Positions 1-13,600 of a stretch of DNA of 64,000 nt are shown in pieces. The stretch comes from Lingula anatina (taxonomy: Eukaryota; Animalia; Brachiopoda). Within the stretch, counting starts at the first letter, position 1, and each line of letters begins with the position of its first letter. The translations under genes were made by a program, and so were the position numbers. The notes under the pieces were generated by a model. That model did no database searches. It was not told where the DNA came from and was given only the letters and a program-made list of their open reading frames with translations. The stretch spans positions 17,918,001-17,982,000 of the forward strand of contig CM120642.1 of NCBI GenBank assembly GCA_051362555.1, in the 5' to 3' direction.

Positions 1-106
1 TTAAATGTATTGCTGGATAACTTCAGAATTTTCTTAATCCCTGTGAATTTAACTTGTACATCATAAATGACCATTTTGCAGTTTAGCTTTGTTCTTTTCA
101 TTTCAG

Positions 107-1567
107 ACAGAAGAGGTGCTTCTTCCTCCAGGCTGGGAGAAACATGAAGGTGGGTACAGATCTTTACAATCCTTTGTGCAATGAAGACAGAGAAAAAAAT
201 CAAATGTTCTCTAGATGGCCTTTCGAAACACTTTCTCAATTACACTTGCAAGGTATTTTGAGCTTTTCTCCGTGATTTTCATTGTCCTTATTGTGAATAC
301 CTCTTACAGGTATATATCTCACATTTGATATTGGTAGAAATGATATTCACATCTAAAAGTTCTACCACAGACCAAAAATGATACTAGTGTTTTTATTTGG
401 GGGGAGGGGGTTGTTGACACCAATAAAAATTAATTTCTGCTTATGTGCCGTGGCATTTTGTCTAGACTTGCAATAGACCTCCTACATGATCATTTTAGAG
501 ACAATATAACACAAGAAAGATCTCCATTAAGACAAACACCATGCTTATTTGAAGTAAGTGATGTTGAAATACTGCTGGTAGATGTTTCTCGTCTACCTCC
601 TCTTGTGTTGTAATTCTTGATTGTTCCAAGTAATGTTTTTATTTTTCGACTGTGGAGGATGGAAAGCAGACAGTTATCACTTTCTATTCCCTGTTCATTC
701 ACTAAAATTATAGTATCTAGATATTAACTTAAGCCTTGTGTTAAAAAATCTTCAGGGGTCCCAAATGGCCATTTCCTTGTACTTTGTCAGGTAGTAACAA
801 AGCAATTTTTTCACAAGTGTTCAAAAATTGTGATCTTTTTCCATTTCAAAATACTAAAACATCAGTTTCTTATCTCTGTGATATAATCAACTGCAGCCAG
901 ACCGGCTTTGTCACAGGAAACTAATTGTAAAGACAAAAAGAGAAGTTATCAGACACATGAAATGCCAAGCAGTAGCTTTTGAACTAAGTAATCCAATTTT
1001 TGTCATCAAGGAAACAATCAGTAAGAGTGACAGGTGAAGCTCTAATAAATCTGTAATGTCTGTTTGAGCATCCTGCTGCAAACACCCACGGATAATTTCC
1101 AGACTGTTCAACTCTGCGTAACGACAGCCCTATGCTAGAATTTGTTTCTAATCAGCCTTGGAAACTTGAAGAGAGAAACAATTCTGTTTTCCATGTGCAG
1201 CAAGTAATAATATCAAAGAATGCTGTATGTGTGATGGTGGGTTTTTGTGCTGCAGGAAAGGTTTCCAACCACTTCATGTTTTTCAGATTCTGAAGTGTGT
1301 GGATGCAGAGATAAAATTAATTCAAGCAGCAGGACATAATCCATGGGATATCGTTATTTGTTTCATTTTCAAATGATACAAGTAACTGTACAGTTAAATG
1401 TACAAGTGACGTACTTGATCAGAGCTTATTATATACCAAAGAATTGTATACCAGTATCTGCTTATCACATTTGCCAATCAACTACACCGTTAAGTTGCCA
1501 AGGTGATCAGGACATGGACACATATTATATATATTGTGTGCTCATATCTTTGTCTCTTTCTCTCTTC

Positions 1568-1611
<44 letters not shown>

Positions 1612-4600
1612 ATTTAATGCGAACCACTACATTTTTATATTCATGCTCAGTCTAAATGGACATTTTATTCTTCTATAAGCATGTTTCATAAAAACAAATA
1701 TGGATATTTAACCAATACAAATCTCTTTAATACATTTTAATGATGTATTTATTGATTTCTATTCAATTAGTGCCCCCAGACCTTTTTCCTTCAATTCAAC
1801 AAAACTGTATTTGGACTATCTGTTAAGGCTTGGAAATGAATGTTTCTTCAAGCACTGGGTTGTCATGGCAACAGCTGATAATCTTGTCCCTAATCTAGTC
1901 TCTATCTTTCAGTATACATATAACTTATTTTGGCAACCTTTGATAAGACTACATTCTGTTTGGAATCAGAAGAGTAAGAGGAAGGGTATCATGCTGACTC
2001 TAAACCCTTAATATAGTTTCTTTCTGCCACAATATCATGGAGTTCTGTGTTCATGTGCAAATCCCATATCTAGAGAACATGTAATACATGCCATCATGGG
2101 CTGCATGCTTGTTTATCTATCCATTTCATTTGAAGAGATAACTGGTATCCATTCTATACTCAAGAGAAAATATTGTACAGAAATGCCCCATGCCACCTGA
2201 TAAAATGATTTAGCTATACTTTCAAGTACATCAAGTGAAAATATATAGCCCATCACTATCTTTTTTGAACACAGAACAAATATAGAGCATTGACTTTCTG
2301 CCCAAAGAAGACTATTGGATTCCTGATATATAGCAAGAGATTACTCCCACACATCCATAGAAAGTTCAATAAATGTTCAGTTGAATGATCTCAATCGTTA
2401 GAGCTACCTTTTTTTCATTGTTTGCTATTGGTTTGATGCATGCTGCAGAGATTGGTGCTCTCATGCCATTTCCCTTCAGGACACATTTGGTTCATGTTTG
2501 AATGGTCAGCATGCTATGACTGCTGCTTGGGAATTGTGTTAGTTGTGCAGTAAATGTGTCTCAGTCAAAATTCTGAAATATTTTGGCAGATTCTTTGTGA
2601 AGCTAAATAATTGGATTTTTTTGCCATTGTTTTCCTCTAAAACTGTCTCCTAATGTTTTATATACATTAGGTAGCATGTGATTTAAAAAAGCTTACTCAG
2701 TTTAACTGTATAATAAGGGTGTGCAACATATTGTATTTCGCTTCCAAGAGATACCAAACATGTAGGATCACCATGGCAACCACGGGAAATTTGCTCCCTG
2801 GGCAATGCCATTTTAGGCTGTAGATGAGAAGGGCAACATATGCATTAGAAATAGAAGGTGTTCTACTTTGAGAAATTAGTAATTTATTTTTCCCCTGTCC
2901 CCAAAGACTCTTCACTAGTCTCCATGCCAAAAGTTGATTTCACTATTGCTGAACACAGACTGAGTCTAAGATGTAATTTTTGTTCTTAGGACACCATTTG
3001 TGATAGCCCTGCTATTGGTATACTCTAACTTGCTGATTTCTCCTTGATGTTCTGCACCAGTACACTGGAACATAATGCCATATCCTAAACCAAAATTATT
3101 TTGAATTTAAAAGTAATAAAAACAAAAGTAATGATTTGTTCTTTTCAGTGGAACAATATATTGTGAATTGAAAAGATACTGAATTTTTTTTTTTTTTTTT
3201 TTTTTTTTTTCAAATCATGAATTTTTAAAATTACAACATTTCCATGGATTGGTAGCAACAAACTTAAAAGCAGGTAATCCAATAGTTTTATTCTATACTG
3301 TAAAACATAAAACACTAAAAATGCTATACAGAAGATATTTAATTAAATGTAGCTTAATTTGTATGATTCCAAAATTATGTATGTGGAAAATCCATTATTT
3401 TCCACCATAAAAAGGATCCAGTGTATACCTTAGTTCACATTTCTATGGCTGACAAGGAGATCAAAGAGCACAGATCTAGAAAGCAGCAATTTAATTGTTT
3501 GGAATTGTTTGGTCTTTTTCTGGTATTGTTCATCATTTGTCTGTGGCTTTGATGTGACATGTTTGTTCTAGCTGGAGGATAGTTCTGGCATCTGAGATGG
3601 ACAAATGTCATTTAATTGCCATTCAACAACATTGAACGTCTCAAATGTTGTTTAACCAACCCTATCCTTGGAGTCATTAACAAAGTGACCAGCTCTCTTT
3701 TTGTCTGTGGTTTAACAGGAATTGCAAGCTCTGCATGGCCTTTCCAACAGAATTTTGGGATATTAAGAAATGGTTAGATCGAAGAAAAGAAATGTGTTTA
3801 GAATATGGTGGAGTTATTAACAGAGTGGTTTAACTGGAAATGAAAGCTCTGGCACTTCTGACAGATTTTGGAGATGTTCAGAAATGATTTTATCGGGGAA
3901 AGGAAATGCATTTAGAATATTGTATTAGGTTGATGGCAAAGCATGATGTAATGTCATTTGTATGGGACTGTGCCCCTTCTGGAAACTTAATTGCTTGCAA
4001 GTAAAGTTGATTAAAGAGAAATGAAAGCAAACACAATTTCTTGATTGTGTTTTGTAACTCAACATGCATCGCAATCAAACGAAAAAAGTCGGCTTTATTA
4101 CTATTTGCTCCCCACAAAAAGGAGTCTGTATAAAGATAAACACAACTGTGGCAGATAATGGGAAAGTGTTCTGACATCTCCATGGCAACCGCAGGAAATT
4201 TGCTCCCTGGTTAATGCCGTTTTAGGCTGACGATGAGAGGGACAACATTTGCATTAGAAGGAAAAAGGTGTTCTGGTTTGAGAAATTAGTTTTATTCTAC
4301 CCTGCCCCCAATAGTCTCCATGTCCATGTATGATGTCACTAATGCTCAACGCAAACTGAGTATATTAGTAATAAAAAGAGACGGAATGAATTGTGCTTTT
4401 CCATTGTGAAGTTTTTGCCATATTCCATGGCAGTTCCCTTGGAAGTTAAAATGATGATTGATCGTAAGAGCCACAGAATGATGAGCTGATTGTCTGTCTC
4501 TAGATCATGAAGCACCACCCTCAGGTAGTAATGAGGCTGTACAGCTAGTCTGTATGGGTGTCTCAATGGCAGTTGCAGGCTCCAGTATTTTTATGTATGG

Positions 4601-7600
4601 TCTGTGAGGCGATACCGGAGAATTCTATGCCCTTTTCATAGTGATGCCACAAAAAGGAGTCTACATATGGCTATACCAGCCTCACACATGATAAGCAGTC
4701 AGTGTGACAATTTGAACAGAATGGCAAACTTTTTTGACTTCATTGTTTTGCTGAAAGTGGATTCTTGGGCATGAGTGTATGTGTTTGTGACTTCACCTTC
4801 ATGACATATCACTGACACTGTAAAATGGGTGTCATTACCAATGACGCAATTTAGGCAAGATGTCAAGCACTCTTGGACAGATGGAGGAATGGGCACATTC
4901 TGACCTAGATGGAGAAATGGTCTTTGAATTTTTAGGCAGGTGACTGTTCTTTGATGTAGTTGTCATAGCAATGTATGTTTGTGCATGTGCATTAAGTCTT
5001 GCAAAGGACGTATTAATATGGATAATGTGTATCTTATTTTACCATTGGGGGACTCATGAATGTCATTTAATCATGCTGTCTGTCTCTCTCATTTAATTAT
5101 TTTTAAGCTGTGTTTGATCTATTATGGCATCTTATTTCTTTTCCATGCTATACATTGTATTATGTGGGCTGTCACTGCATGTCTGCAGTATTGATTATTG
5201 TAATTGCAGATATAATTTCCCCCATCCATTACATCATTTGATATGCACTTATATTCAGGATAAGGCTTTTGAAGTTACAGACAGGAGTGAACTTGAAAGC
5301 ATTGCCTGAACTAGCTACTACTATAATAACCTTTATTCGTTTGCTGTGTTTTCACTGAAACTTGCAGAAGTTAGCTGATTTAATTGCCAGGGCACTCTTA
5401 GCAGTCCACCTGTGGGCTTTCCACGAACTTGGTTTGAATCCAAATGTGATTTCATGCTGCATTGTGCTTCGTCAAGCCAATTGTGTTTACTCGCAGATAA
5501 GTCCAAACACAAAGACGAGACCAACCAACTGAAGATGAAAATCTGATAATTTTACCATTAGCTGAAGTGAAGGTATAGGAGATGGTTGAAGTGGTGTGAT
5601 GGGAGACCACTGCCATATAGAGTGGGCAAATGATGGAAATGCACCTAGTGGCCACAGACTTCTGGTTTGTTTCTGAATACCAAACCTTGAAAGTAGCATA
5701 TTTCTGAGGAACCAGTTCAGTGTTGACTTTTCTTATTAACTGTGATATCAGTGAAGTGTATAGACAGTTACAGTTATGAATTATTCAAATCCATTGAGAA
5801 AGAAGCAGCCTTGCATTAGCTAATGTTAGGGAAAGGTTTCTCTCTCCGTGAATTCACTTAAGAGGAGTCTGTTATTATAGGCAACACTTCGCTCCAGTTC
5901 TGAGCATGGTGTATCTTTGGTAGAAAATTGGACGTATTGGACCAGATGAGATAAGATGTCAGTCAGACTATTTTGCCATTTTGATAATACTGTAAGGATG
6001 GTTTTCATTGATTGTTTTGCTTTCAGCAGTTCTGCGTTCAGATCAGAACTGCCATGAACAAGCCAAAGCCATTATCAAAACTGATACATCTTTGAACAGT
6101 TTTTCCTTTGGCTGTTGGTATGCCTGACAACAGGCATTTTTGGACTTGATCATTGAAGAAGTTCAAATGCTTGATTTTCGTTATTATTTATGTGGGATAG
6201 AATGAAACTAGATCAGGCATATGGATCAATGTGAAGATGTTTGGCTACCATGTTTGAGATGAAGCTTGCATGATCCACATTGATTTCAACTTGGTGACCA
6301 GTTCATTATCCTCTTCTTCTTTGAAGATAAAGACTGATATTGAATACAAGGCTGAGGTTCAAATATTGACATATAATTGTTTTGAGAGGAGTTCCTGTTT
6401 GCTTGGCACATCCTGTTGGAGCCAATGGGCAATGTGCTATCTGCCACTGTGCTTGTTGCATACTAGGTATCCAGGCAAGATTGTTCTGTGAATTTTCCTG
6501 GGAAAGATGTGCAGCGACATGAGCATCATTGGGTTGATACCTCTGAAATTTTCATTTGACTTCAGTTATCAAGAAAATGAGCTGACCTTTATCTGGAAAC
6601 CAAGCGAAAAGGAAATTGTATGGTATTGAAATATCATGGTACCATTACTTCAATGCTAGTTTGATAACTTTCAAAAACCTAAAGCAGGATTTATACATAT
6701 ACTTTCACCAGTAGAAAAAAGTGACAATTATGGCTTCCATAGGTTAACTCTAACAGTTTGTGTAGTTGTTCCTTCTTCTCATGGTATGATAACCAAGCTG
6801 ATCAGTGGCAACATTCCTTAGATTGATATTAATATTCGCCATCAAGTAACATTCTTTATAATTACAAAGTTTTGGAGACCATCAAGGAATAATATCAAGA
6901 GGGTCATAATGATTAAACCATGACTATAGAAACTATGCCAAGGAATTAAATATTAAATGCATATTTGCTGACATATTGTTTTAACTTTATTCATTGAACT
7001 CTGTATGTGTTATTATGAATCTTCTTTGGTCAACATCAGTACAAAAACGTGAATGTGTTATACGAGTCTATAACCGATATTGACCCAATGAGCAGTTTTG
7101 TCTACATCATTGATATTCACCACCAGTGCTATCACTATTGGATTACAGACAAAGAAGGGCCCTACTACTGGCATATCAAAAGCGGAACCATCCAGAGGGA
7201 GCCACCTCCTCCGCCGTCTCCAGGCACAGTACAGCGAGCCCAGAGGCAGGAATCCCAGCCCAGTGAAACAGTGAGTATATCACAAGTAGCAAGAAGTCAT
7301 AGCAAGAAATAAATGTTCAAAATCTGGTTGTCCTACAAATATCTCCATGTACAGTAAGCCTTATTGACAAAATGATCATTTTCAGTCTTTGTGAGAATTA
7401 CATGAAATTTATTTTAAAAGCAAGTGTGATTGTTAATTTGTATGTTACGATAGCTTCCATGGTACGGCTGTGTACCCATTGCATGTGGCTGTCAGACTCC
7501 TACTTGTAAATTGTGTTACATGTGAAGAAAGCCATTGTTAATAATGTATATAGCCACCTATAGACTGATATTTTACTGGGGTGCCTAAAACTGGACAGGT

Positions 7601-10600
7601 TTTTAATTTAAAATTTGTAGTCAGATTATCAGACGTAGGCCATCAGACATCAGTCTTCTGCCTAAGAGTATCCATTTTAATTAAAACAGAATCATGGCAG
7701 TTTTTATCTAACTGTGCTTGGGCTCAGAGTTGCCTCTGGATCCTCACCTGATTTAGTATTTGGGCCCTGATAAATCTAGGCCTAGTGGTATATGCTTGAT
7801 TTGTTAGTGCTTTCTCAACAGTGCATATGATACCAACTTCTGAGACAGACTGGACAACAGAAGTAAAGGGTATTGATATATTTATTTTTATTTTATAATT
7901 TAGAAGTATAGATGCAAAGTCTGTGGGAATGATGTATATTGACTGCACAACCTGACTGTTAATTGCATTGTGATAATCAAGTATAATAACTAGTACTAGT
8001 ATGCTCATGCAGTGCTCATGGCAGGAACTAATACCAATACATGTAACACTGACAAACCAGTAGGATAGTGAATAGCCTCGTGGTCAGTGCCATAGTGAAG
8101 ATAATAACTGGATTTACAAAGATCCATACTGACCCCATACTTGGAGCACTTCTCTATCCAGATGGACGAAGTCTTGTAGTTTTACTACAGCCATTAGGCT
8201 TTTATATGCTGATTGCACAGATGAGATCAAGACTCATATAATGCAGTTTATCAAGAGAGAATTACTAAGTGGTGAAACAGTAAGTTAACGAGCTAATGGC
8301 AATGATTTTCCTAGATGCTGTATATATGATTCTACTGCACATAGTATAAGAATAGGAGTTACATGAAAACAGAATTTGAAGTGAGTCATTCTGAGCAAAT
8401 TATGTGTATCGATTAGAGTTTTGAAGTAGATTTATTATAAGTAATTTGTGGCAGTTTGATAAGGCAAAAGTTTTTCTGTCATAAAAATTTATTATCTGAA
8501 ATTGACTATAATATGTAACAAAATGTAGATAAGAAAATTCTTAATTTGTCAGTGAGGTGAATGCCACTTAAACCTTTTGCATTTAACTGAGACAAGGCCT
8601 CTCATATTGGCTTAATAACATTAATGTAAAAGTTACACTTTTTGACTGACAGTTTGTTTCTGTTTCTTCACATAATTTATGCATTGGAATTTGAATATTT
8701 TTCCAGTACTCCAGTGATACTGCGTTAGACAATGCGAAGTCATTAGTCCAAAGTTTCCAATGTTGGATGTTTGCCACGGACATATAGAATTTCATAACTC
8801 AATTCTGTGGTTCATTTCTTGGGTCTATTTTCACACATGTTGAGAGATGTTGAGTCGGTGAAATAACATTAGGAATTTCCTGGCTTTAGCTAGAATGCAT
8901 AATGGTTTCCTTGAAATTGATTTTTGCTTTCAATTTGATCTTTTCATTTAATTAAAGGTCAGACAGATTGATTTCTTGACTCTAAAAGTTATGCAACAGA
9001 CAACAGCCGGGAATTACATTCAGTTATCATATCAGTTTTATTTTTTGTCAGTGTTTTATTTCAAATAATAATTACTTTCTGGTGGGTGCAAAACTATTTT
9101 TATGTGGTCTCTGTCCACAAGATTAAGAATTTATATAACTGCTATAAACAATGGAATATTTATTTGCATTATTTTCGTTAGAATTTTTTGTCAAAAAATG
9201 TATTTCAGGTGGACCCACTGTAAAAGATAGAACCATTATTGTTGCTTTAAAGTGAAAACCTATTTCGATACAGTTATTTTAAATGTTATCTCTTATATAA
9301 TGTGCTTTGTATTTAATGCCCAGGTTAATGAGGCACCGCATGTGCCACACAGGTCTTCCGCGGAGGTAGAAACTCTAGTTGGGAGTGTCATGACTGCAGC
9401 AGACACCAGCAAAGATGACAGCGCCATCTGTGAGGAAGAGGTCCTCCATGAATTTGATCCTCTGGCTGGGTATGATGGCATCTAAACCCACATGATTTGG
9501 ATATCCCCCCTCTGCCCCCCCCCCCCCCCCCCCCTGCCCTCACCACCACTGGTTCCATAATGTAAGGTGTTCAGACAAAAAAGAAAGAAAAGTAGAGAAA
9601 AAAACAAGTGTATGTCTTGCTTCTGTAAACAATGATGAAAATCTTTGAAGGATACAAAGTTTTTGGTATCCTGTCAGCCTTGATGGCTTCACAGTACATT
9701 TTTTCACTTTTCTTTGGACACCTTATAGTATTTTCACTTTTACTAATCCAGTGACTAGTTATGTATCTTTATTCTTTTTTGTTTCCAAGTTTTTCTTTCA
9801 AAAGCACATGCCAAGCTTAGTGGTGGTGGTGAAGAAGAACACAGAAATAATATTTGTTCTTAATTACACATAATTATTTACTTATATTCAGACATTTGGT
9901 AGCTTAGTATATGCTACTATTACTAACTACTGCAGTACCACCCATTCACTGCTTTCTTTTCTTTTTCAGTTACAGGTTATGGGTTTTTACGTCTGTCCAT
10001 TTGACAGCTTTGCTACCATGCTTACACTAACCTTGACTTATCCTTTCTACACAAATACAACCTGATGGAGAAAGAGAACCAGTGGATTTATCTACAAAAG
10101 CCAGCTTTATTTATTTATTTATTTATTTATTCCAATAATGTTTGGAACCCTATCAACATATATGTTATAATCAGATCAAATCGATATTTTTTGTAAATTA
10201 ATTGACAAAAAGAAAAACAGATTGTTTCAGATGCTATATGAAAAATATTAACTTAACACATACACACATTTCTCTAAGCTTTGTACAGCTCCTGTGCTAG
10301 CTGGTTAGAATTGTGTATTTATCCAGCCACAGAATGATAGGGTTCCAAATTTTAGTGGTTAATCGAGCATGGAGCTCTTCTGTTTTTTTTTTTTTTATTT
10401 ATTTACTAGCACCAACATAGGACATATATAGTGTTTATTTAGTCTCCAACAAGTTATCACAATAGTTCTGGTTTATAAAGCCTATACTAACCTCTTGGTT
10501 TATTGCTTTCTTTCCACTCCCCCAGGATTCCATTCCTGATTCTCCTAGTAGCACCGACTCTGACTGCGACCCACTCCAAGCTTTTGAAGGTCATGCATTT

Positions 10601-13600
10601 AAATATGCGGCACAGTCACTTAGTTCTCTGTAAGCAATCTGTCTTTGATTATTTATAGATACAAAATACCAACTGAAGTGTGGTCCCTTATTGTAAGAAC
10701 GTATTTTATTGGTAATATATTGGCCGAATTTATTTTATTTTATTTTATGCCTTCATTTGATTTTATCCCCACCCACCCTTTGATATTGTAACTATTTAAA
10801 ATGTTTTTCATGTCAAAAAAAATTACATTGGGCTTTCACCCTGCATCGGCCTACCATTTTGGAAACCTTTGATAAAGTGAGAAAAAGCACAGTTGTTCTT
10901 TTTGCTGCATTTTGCGGGAATGACAAAATGAATTTGAAATAATATGAATAAAATAAGTAGTTCCATTGGTTGGTTTTACATTTGGCACATGCTGTAATTG
11001 TTTCAGAAGATTTGGAAATGTCTTTTACATTAAATAAAGTAAATGACAAAGATTTGTGTATAAGACACTTAATAACCTAATATTTCTATTTTGCTCACAT
11101 TTTTATTAATAGTTAATGTATGTGGTTTCTTTCCTTTTTTTCTGGCACCATGTTTTTAATACAATTCCAATACTAATAGTCTGAGATTTTTATTTTATTG
11201 GCAATATAATAAAATAAGGATGCCATCACTTAAAAGATTATAATAATAATTTTTAATATTAAAGATGATTATTTCTTTTTTATATGGCTCAATATAGAAA
11301 GATACAGATTACTACACTGTAGTTGTAAGTTAAAGAGAATTTTTGTGTGGTTTTTTAAGATTTTTATTATAAATTTTTTTACCAAAATAGCAATAATCCA
11401 TGATACTGTCATTTTAAAAATGCACCAAATGCCATCTTTCATTTATTAAACAGCACACAACCGGAAGGCCAGTTACAATTCCAAGAGGGTGCTTTGGAGA
11501 GTCCCACATCAGAAACAGGAGAGAAACCAATCAGATTTGCTGTTAGATCTCTTGGTTGGGTGAAAATAGCCGAAGAAGATTTAACTCAAGAAAAGAGTAG
11601 TCGAGCCGTAAACAAATGTATTGTGGACTTGTCACTGGGGAAGAATGATATCAACGATGTGGTGGGAAGATGGGGAGATGTAAATATATTTTTAATTGTT
11701 ATTATATTTTTTTATCCAAAAATGAGCGAGAAAGATGAATCAAAACTTTTTGGTGCCAAAACTTATGACAGATTTGCTTGATGCGCAGTCTGTTTCATAA
11801 TTTCACATTTTATTTATCTAGACTAGACTTTCTCTCATGTTTTCAAATGGTGAACAATATAGCAATGCTCATAGTCTCTAAAAAAATATTTTAACATTTT
11901 CTATTAAAAATGCTGTGGCATGTAAGATTATATAGAATAGTCTCTTCATAAAGAATTTTGCTTTTCTAATAATTACCTTAGTAGCATTGTAATAAACAAG
12001 TAGATATTAGAAATCAATTTATTTATACAGTTGCTACAAATAACCACTTATTGCATTTGGAATCCTTGTACAGCTAGCATTTTGTTAGATATTAGGCATT
12101 GGCATATATATTTTTATGAACACATTTACCTATATGATTTTCCAGGGAAAGGATCTATTTATGGACCTTGATAGTATCAGCCTGAGGCTTGTAGACCCAC
12201 AAGATTTTACAGTTCTTAACTCCCAGTCCATACACTCTATACGAGTGTGGGGTGTAGGGCGAGACAACGGGAGGTAAGTACATTTAATTTAGCTTTTCTA
12301 TCAGGATTAACCATATATAGCTACTTCATGCATGGCGTGATAGTATAGACAAAATCTATAACGCATTTGACAAAACAAGGGAATCAGATATTGGATTTTT
12401 GTTTTAGTTAGACTTTTTATAACTATAAATTTGGAAAATCAAGTCCCAAAATTATTTTTGAATTAGCTGCACAGTGGAGTCCAAAATCTTGATTATCTGC
12501 TTCAAAAATTCTATCTGTGCAGTGTGTTAACCCAATGAGTTCAATAAAACTTTGCAAACTTTCTCCCATGCTTACTAGAGAGAGGTAACCATTGATGTTG
12601 GACTCTGACAGAGTATTAACCAAATGTTCTTCAAGCTGAATGTTCTCTCTCTAAGCTAATGATATGAATCCATCTTGACAGAAACTCTGGAATAGTTTTC
12701 TAAATTTTTTTATCGCCAAATATTTAGTTTTTAAAAAAATACATATATTAAGGAATCATTGGAGATGTTATTGAAATTTTGATATTTCCTGAAAATTTTA
12801 GGTTATTATAATCTGCAACCCTGTAATTATTTAGTGTGAGATTCTGAAACTTTTCAAAAACAATTAATGAAAAGGATCTTTTGGAACCAAGTAATCAGGG
12901 CACTTAATTATGTTTATGTGTAACTGGAAATATCTGTGATCTAGTTTCTGTCAAGATTTAAATTCTTTGGCAAGCTTTAGGTATATACATGTGCTCTTAA
13001 TGTTCCAAGCATCCAGCTCTAATGCTTTTACATGTGGTTATTGAAAATGTGACATCTTCACTTTGAATGTTAGCTTTAAAGTAAAGATATTATTATTAAG
13101 CTTCGTTCTGGCAAAAAAAAGCTGGAAAAATGTTGATATTTATAATCATACTTGCCTTTCAACTTTTAGGTTGCTTATAATAAATTTATTTTGCATATAC
13201 GTAGAATGCTACATTTACTCTTGTTGGATGGTTGTCTCCACATACTTTTTTAAAACTTTTTTTTTTCTGAAAATAATATCAAATGTTCCTTGGTCAAGTT
13301 TATTTCCTGTACATTTCCAGTGATTTTTGTCTTTGGTTTAAAGTTAATTTCAAGTGGTCCTTATTGTATATTCATATTGAAATTGTCAATTCACATGGTT
13401 TTGTTTCTGTCATAAAATGTGCTATATAAATGTTGTAATTAAGGAAATTCTCATTTCCCCAAACTTACAGAATGGTTATGGTTACTGTATGCATTCATAT
13501 TTATTAAATGTGACCCTGAGAATATACTGTTATTGACTTCTACATATATAGACATAAAAAATGTCGGCCAATTTAGATGTTGTCACCCTGAGTTTCAATT

